A stretch of DNA of 64,000 bases from Nitrospirota bacterium (GTDB lineage: Bacteria; Nitrospirota; UBA9217): the NCBI GenBank assembly GCA_963845065.1, contig CAWJQQ010000006.1:256001-320000 (forward strand). Reading direction: 5' to 3'. Positions 62,401 to 64,000 of the stretch are shown in pieces. A program made the position numbers and the translations under genes. Positions within the stretch are counted from its first letter, which is position 1; every line of letters begins with the position of its first letter. Under the pieces are notes generated by a model. It did not search any database and had not been told where the DNA came from. It saw only the letters and a list, made by a program, of their open reading frames with translations.

Positions 62401-63741
62401 CTACGCTCTAGCTTTCAAAAACGTCGGGAGCTGGTTCGCTTCACGCGGTCCGACGGTGATCTTCCACCCGGGAAGCTTTTCCTCAAGCGCTCCCGAGAGA
62501 ACGGCAACATACCCGGGAATGATGAGCTCCTTATGATTGATATTTTTTTCTACGCCGCTATCGGTGATAAACTGCGCGATCTTGCTTGCAGTAAATTTTC
62601 CAGCGGCCCAAGCCGTAAGCACTGACAATCCTTCGTTATCCATTACGGCTAGCCACGACGGCACCTTGCTGTTTTCGACCTCGCCCCGCACTATAAAGTA
62701 GGATAGCGAGAAATTGGTGGTGATCATGAGCGGCGAGTTGTCCTTGGCGTCGCCGACCTTGTAGACGTTCTGCGCCACCTGCATGGGCACCTGCGGATCA
62801 GTATAGATGTTCTGGCGCAGCGATAAGAGCGCAAGCATCTTCCATTTCTCGACACTATTCAGAATGATGATGGAGGCATATTTCATTGTGCCGATGGCCG
62901 CGACCATGGACTCCGACACCGGATTGTCGCGGGTTGCAAACGTGATAATGGGATATCCCAAGGGTTTGAAGTTCTTTTTGATGGCTACGCGGCGGATAAT
63001 AGTAAAGTGCTCGATCATATCCTTAGCCTTGCGTGCGCCGGAATCGAGTACGAGATCGTCCACGCCCATACCTTTTACTTTTTCAGAGAGCGCCGTCAGC
63101 GCGTCAAGACCGTCTGCGGCAACGGCAAGGGAGGCCTTCTTTTCCTTTGCGATTTTCGCCATAGCTTCTGCATTCTCGGCTGTCGCGGCATAGATGAGCG
63201 GCCTTTTATCGACACAGTGCGCGATTCCGACCTCAATTGTCGCGGGATTTTTACTTACGAGAATGATGGGCACACCTGGCGCACTATCCACCACCTGTTT
63301 CACTACGGAAGCGAATTTCGCTGAGTCGCCGCCTTCGTCAGTAACGGCAATGGCGTCTACCCGGAGCTTCTGTCCCACGCGGTCGATCTCGGAGGTGTTA
63401 ACCGCAGCGATCTTTTTGGCAGCGGCATCACCAGCTTCGGAGGCTTTGATCGCAACAGCAAACACGTTTGGGTTAAAAAACTTTTTCTCGTGGCGAAACA
63501 TGCAGATCTCTTCGCCAACCTTGACGGCCTTAGTTCCCGTACCGAGGGTAATGCCGCGAATCGGCGGTGCAGCTGATTCGCCCAATATCTTCTTTGCATC
63601 CTCGGATGCATCAGGGCAGGCATCGAGGCTTGCTTGCTTGGCGGCAAGCTTCATAGCGAATGCGAGGCAAGTAGGATGCCCGCATTTCTTGCAGTTAGTC
63701 TTCGGCAAATGTTTAAATATTTCAACACCAGAGAATGCCAT
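62401..63741 (-). CDS. acsC: Corrinoid Fe-S protein large subunit
   Basis: LPKTNCKKCGHPTCLAFA, FRHEK, IYTDPQ.P, TTNFSL, SVLTAWAAGKF, VGPREA. Confidence 0.96.
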   Translation of the reverse strand: MAFSGVEIFKHLPKTNCKKCGHPTCLAFAMKLAAKQASLDACPDASEDAKKILGESAAPPIRGITLGTGTKAVKVGEEICMFRHEKKFFNPNVFAVAIKASEAGDAAAKKIAAVNTSEIDRVGQKLRVDAIAVTDEGGDSAKFASVVKQVVDSAPGVPIILVSKNPATIEVGIAHCVDKRPLIYAATAENAEAMAKIAKEKKASLAVAADGLDALTALSEKVKGMGVDDLVLDSGARKAKDMIEHFTIIRRVAIKKNFKPLGYPIITFATRDNPVSESMVAAIGTMKYASIIILNSVEKWKMLALLSLRQNIYTDPQVPMQVAQNVYKVGDAKDNSPLMITTNFSLSYFIVRGEVENSKVPSWLAVMDNEGLSVLTAWAAGKFTASKIAQFITDSGVEKNINHKELIIPGYVAVLSGALEEKLPGWKITVGPREANQLPTFLKARA

Positions 63742-63849
63742 TATATGCTCCTTTCGGAATGAACCGTATTATTTTGTAACGCGGATTGAGTATTTACTAT
63801 TTGATAATTCCAATCTTTATTTTTTCCTTTGAGCGTTTTGCACTGGCAA

Positions 63850-64000
63850 TTACCCCATCAGCTCTGCGATCATCTCTTTGGCCTTTACTCCCGCGCCAGG
63901 ATGACGCATGATCAGCATATCTGCGCCTGCAGTAATCATCGCCGAGGCAGTTATGGACTCCCATGCCAGAGCCCGATCTGCAAGGCCGCCCCATTCTGGG
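63850..64000 (-). CDS. acsD: Corrinoid Fe-S protein small subunit, 3' end (enters from window edge)
   Basis: Manual translation PEWGGLADRALAWESITASAMITAGADMLIMRHP...ELMG*. Confidence 0.88.
   Translation of the reverse strand, partial: PEWGGLADRALAWESITASAMITAGADMLIMRHPGAGVKAKEMIAELMG

Overview
Bacterial chromosomal window made mostly of core genes. Gene content and order suggest an anaerobic Nitrospirota/Desulfobacterota-like organism (inference). From left to right it holds: a minus-strand dcw cluster (mraZ-STAS-rsmH-ftsL-ftsI-murE-murF-mraY-murD-ftsW-murG-murC-murB'); a small accessory block with prfC, an IS200-interrupted DUF4442 gene, a Crp regulator and trpB2; mutY-like, Smr, rnpB, rnhA, tRNA-Ile2, rpoD, dnaG, mutS2, rpsU, argJ/argC and rpsI/rplM; rpsB-tsf-pyrH-frr, a detached atpB-atpE pair, gltX and pdxA; and a Wood-Ljungdahl cluster (acsD'-acsC-acsB ... 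fhs). The most notable observations are these. (1) A STAS protein lacking the phospho-acceptor Ser sits between mraZ and rsmH behind MraZ boxes. (2) A perfect 60-bp att-like duplicate of the tRNA-Ile2 3' half lies upstream of the intact gene, the reverse of the usual order. (3) An IS200 insertion can be reconstructed to the base. (4) A NuoE/HydC-like remnant is fused to a cNMP-domain tail inside the WLP cluster. (5) Many accessory genes are pseudogenes while core genes are intact. (6) REP-like palindromes recur between core genes. No CRISPR array, prophage or rRNA was seen. All calls come from reading the sequence; no database searches were run.
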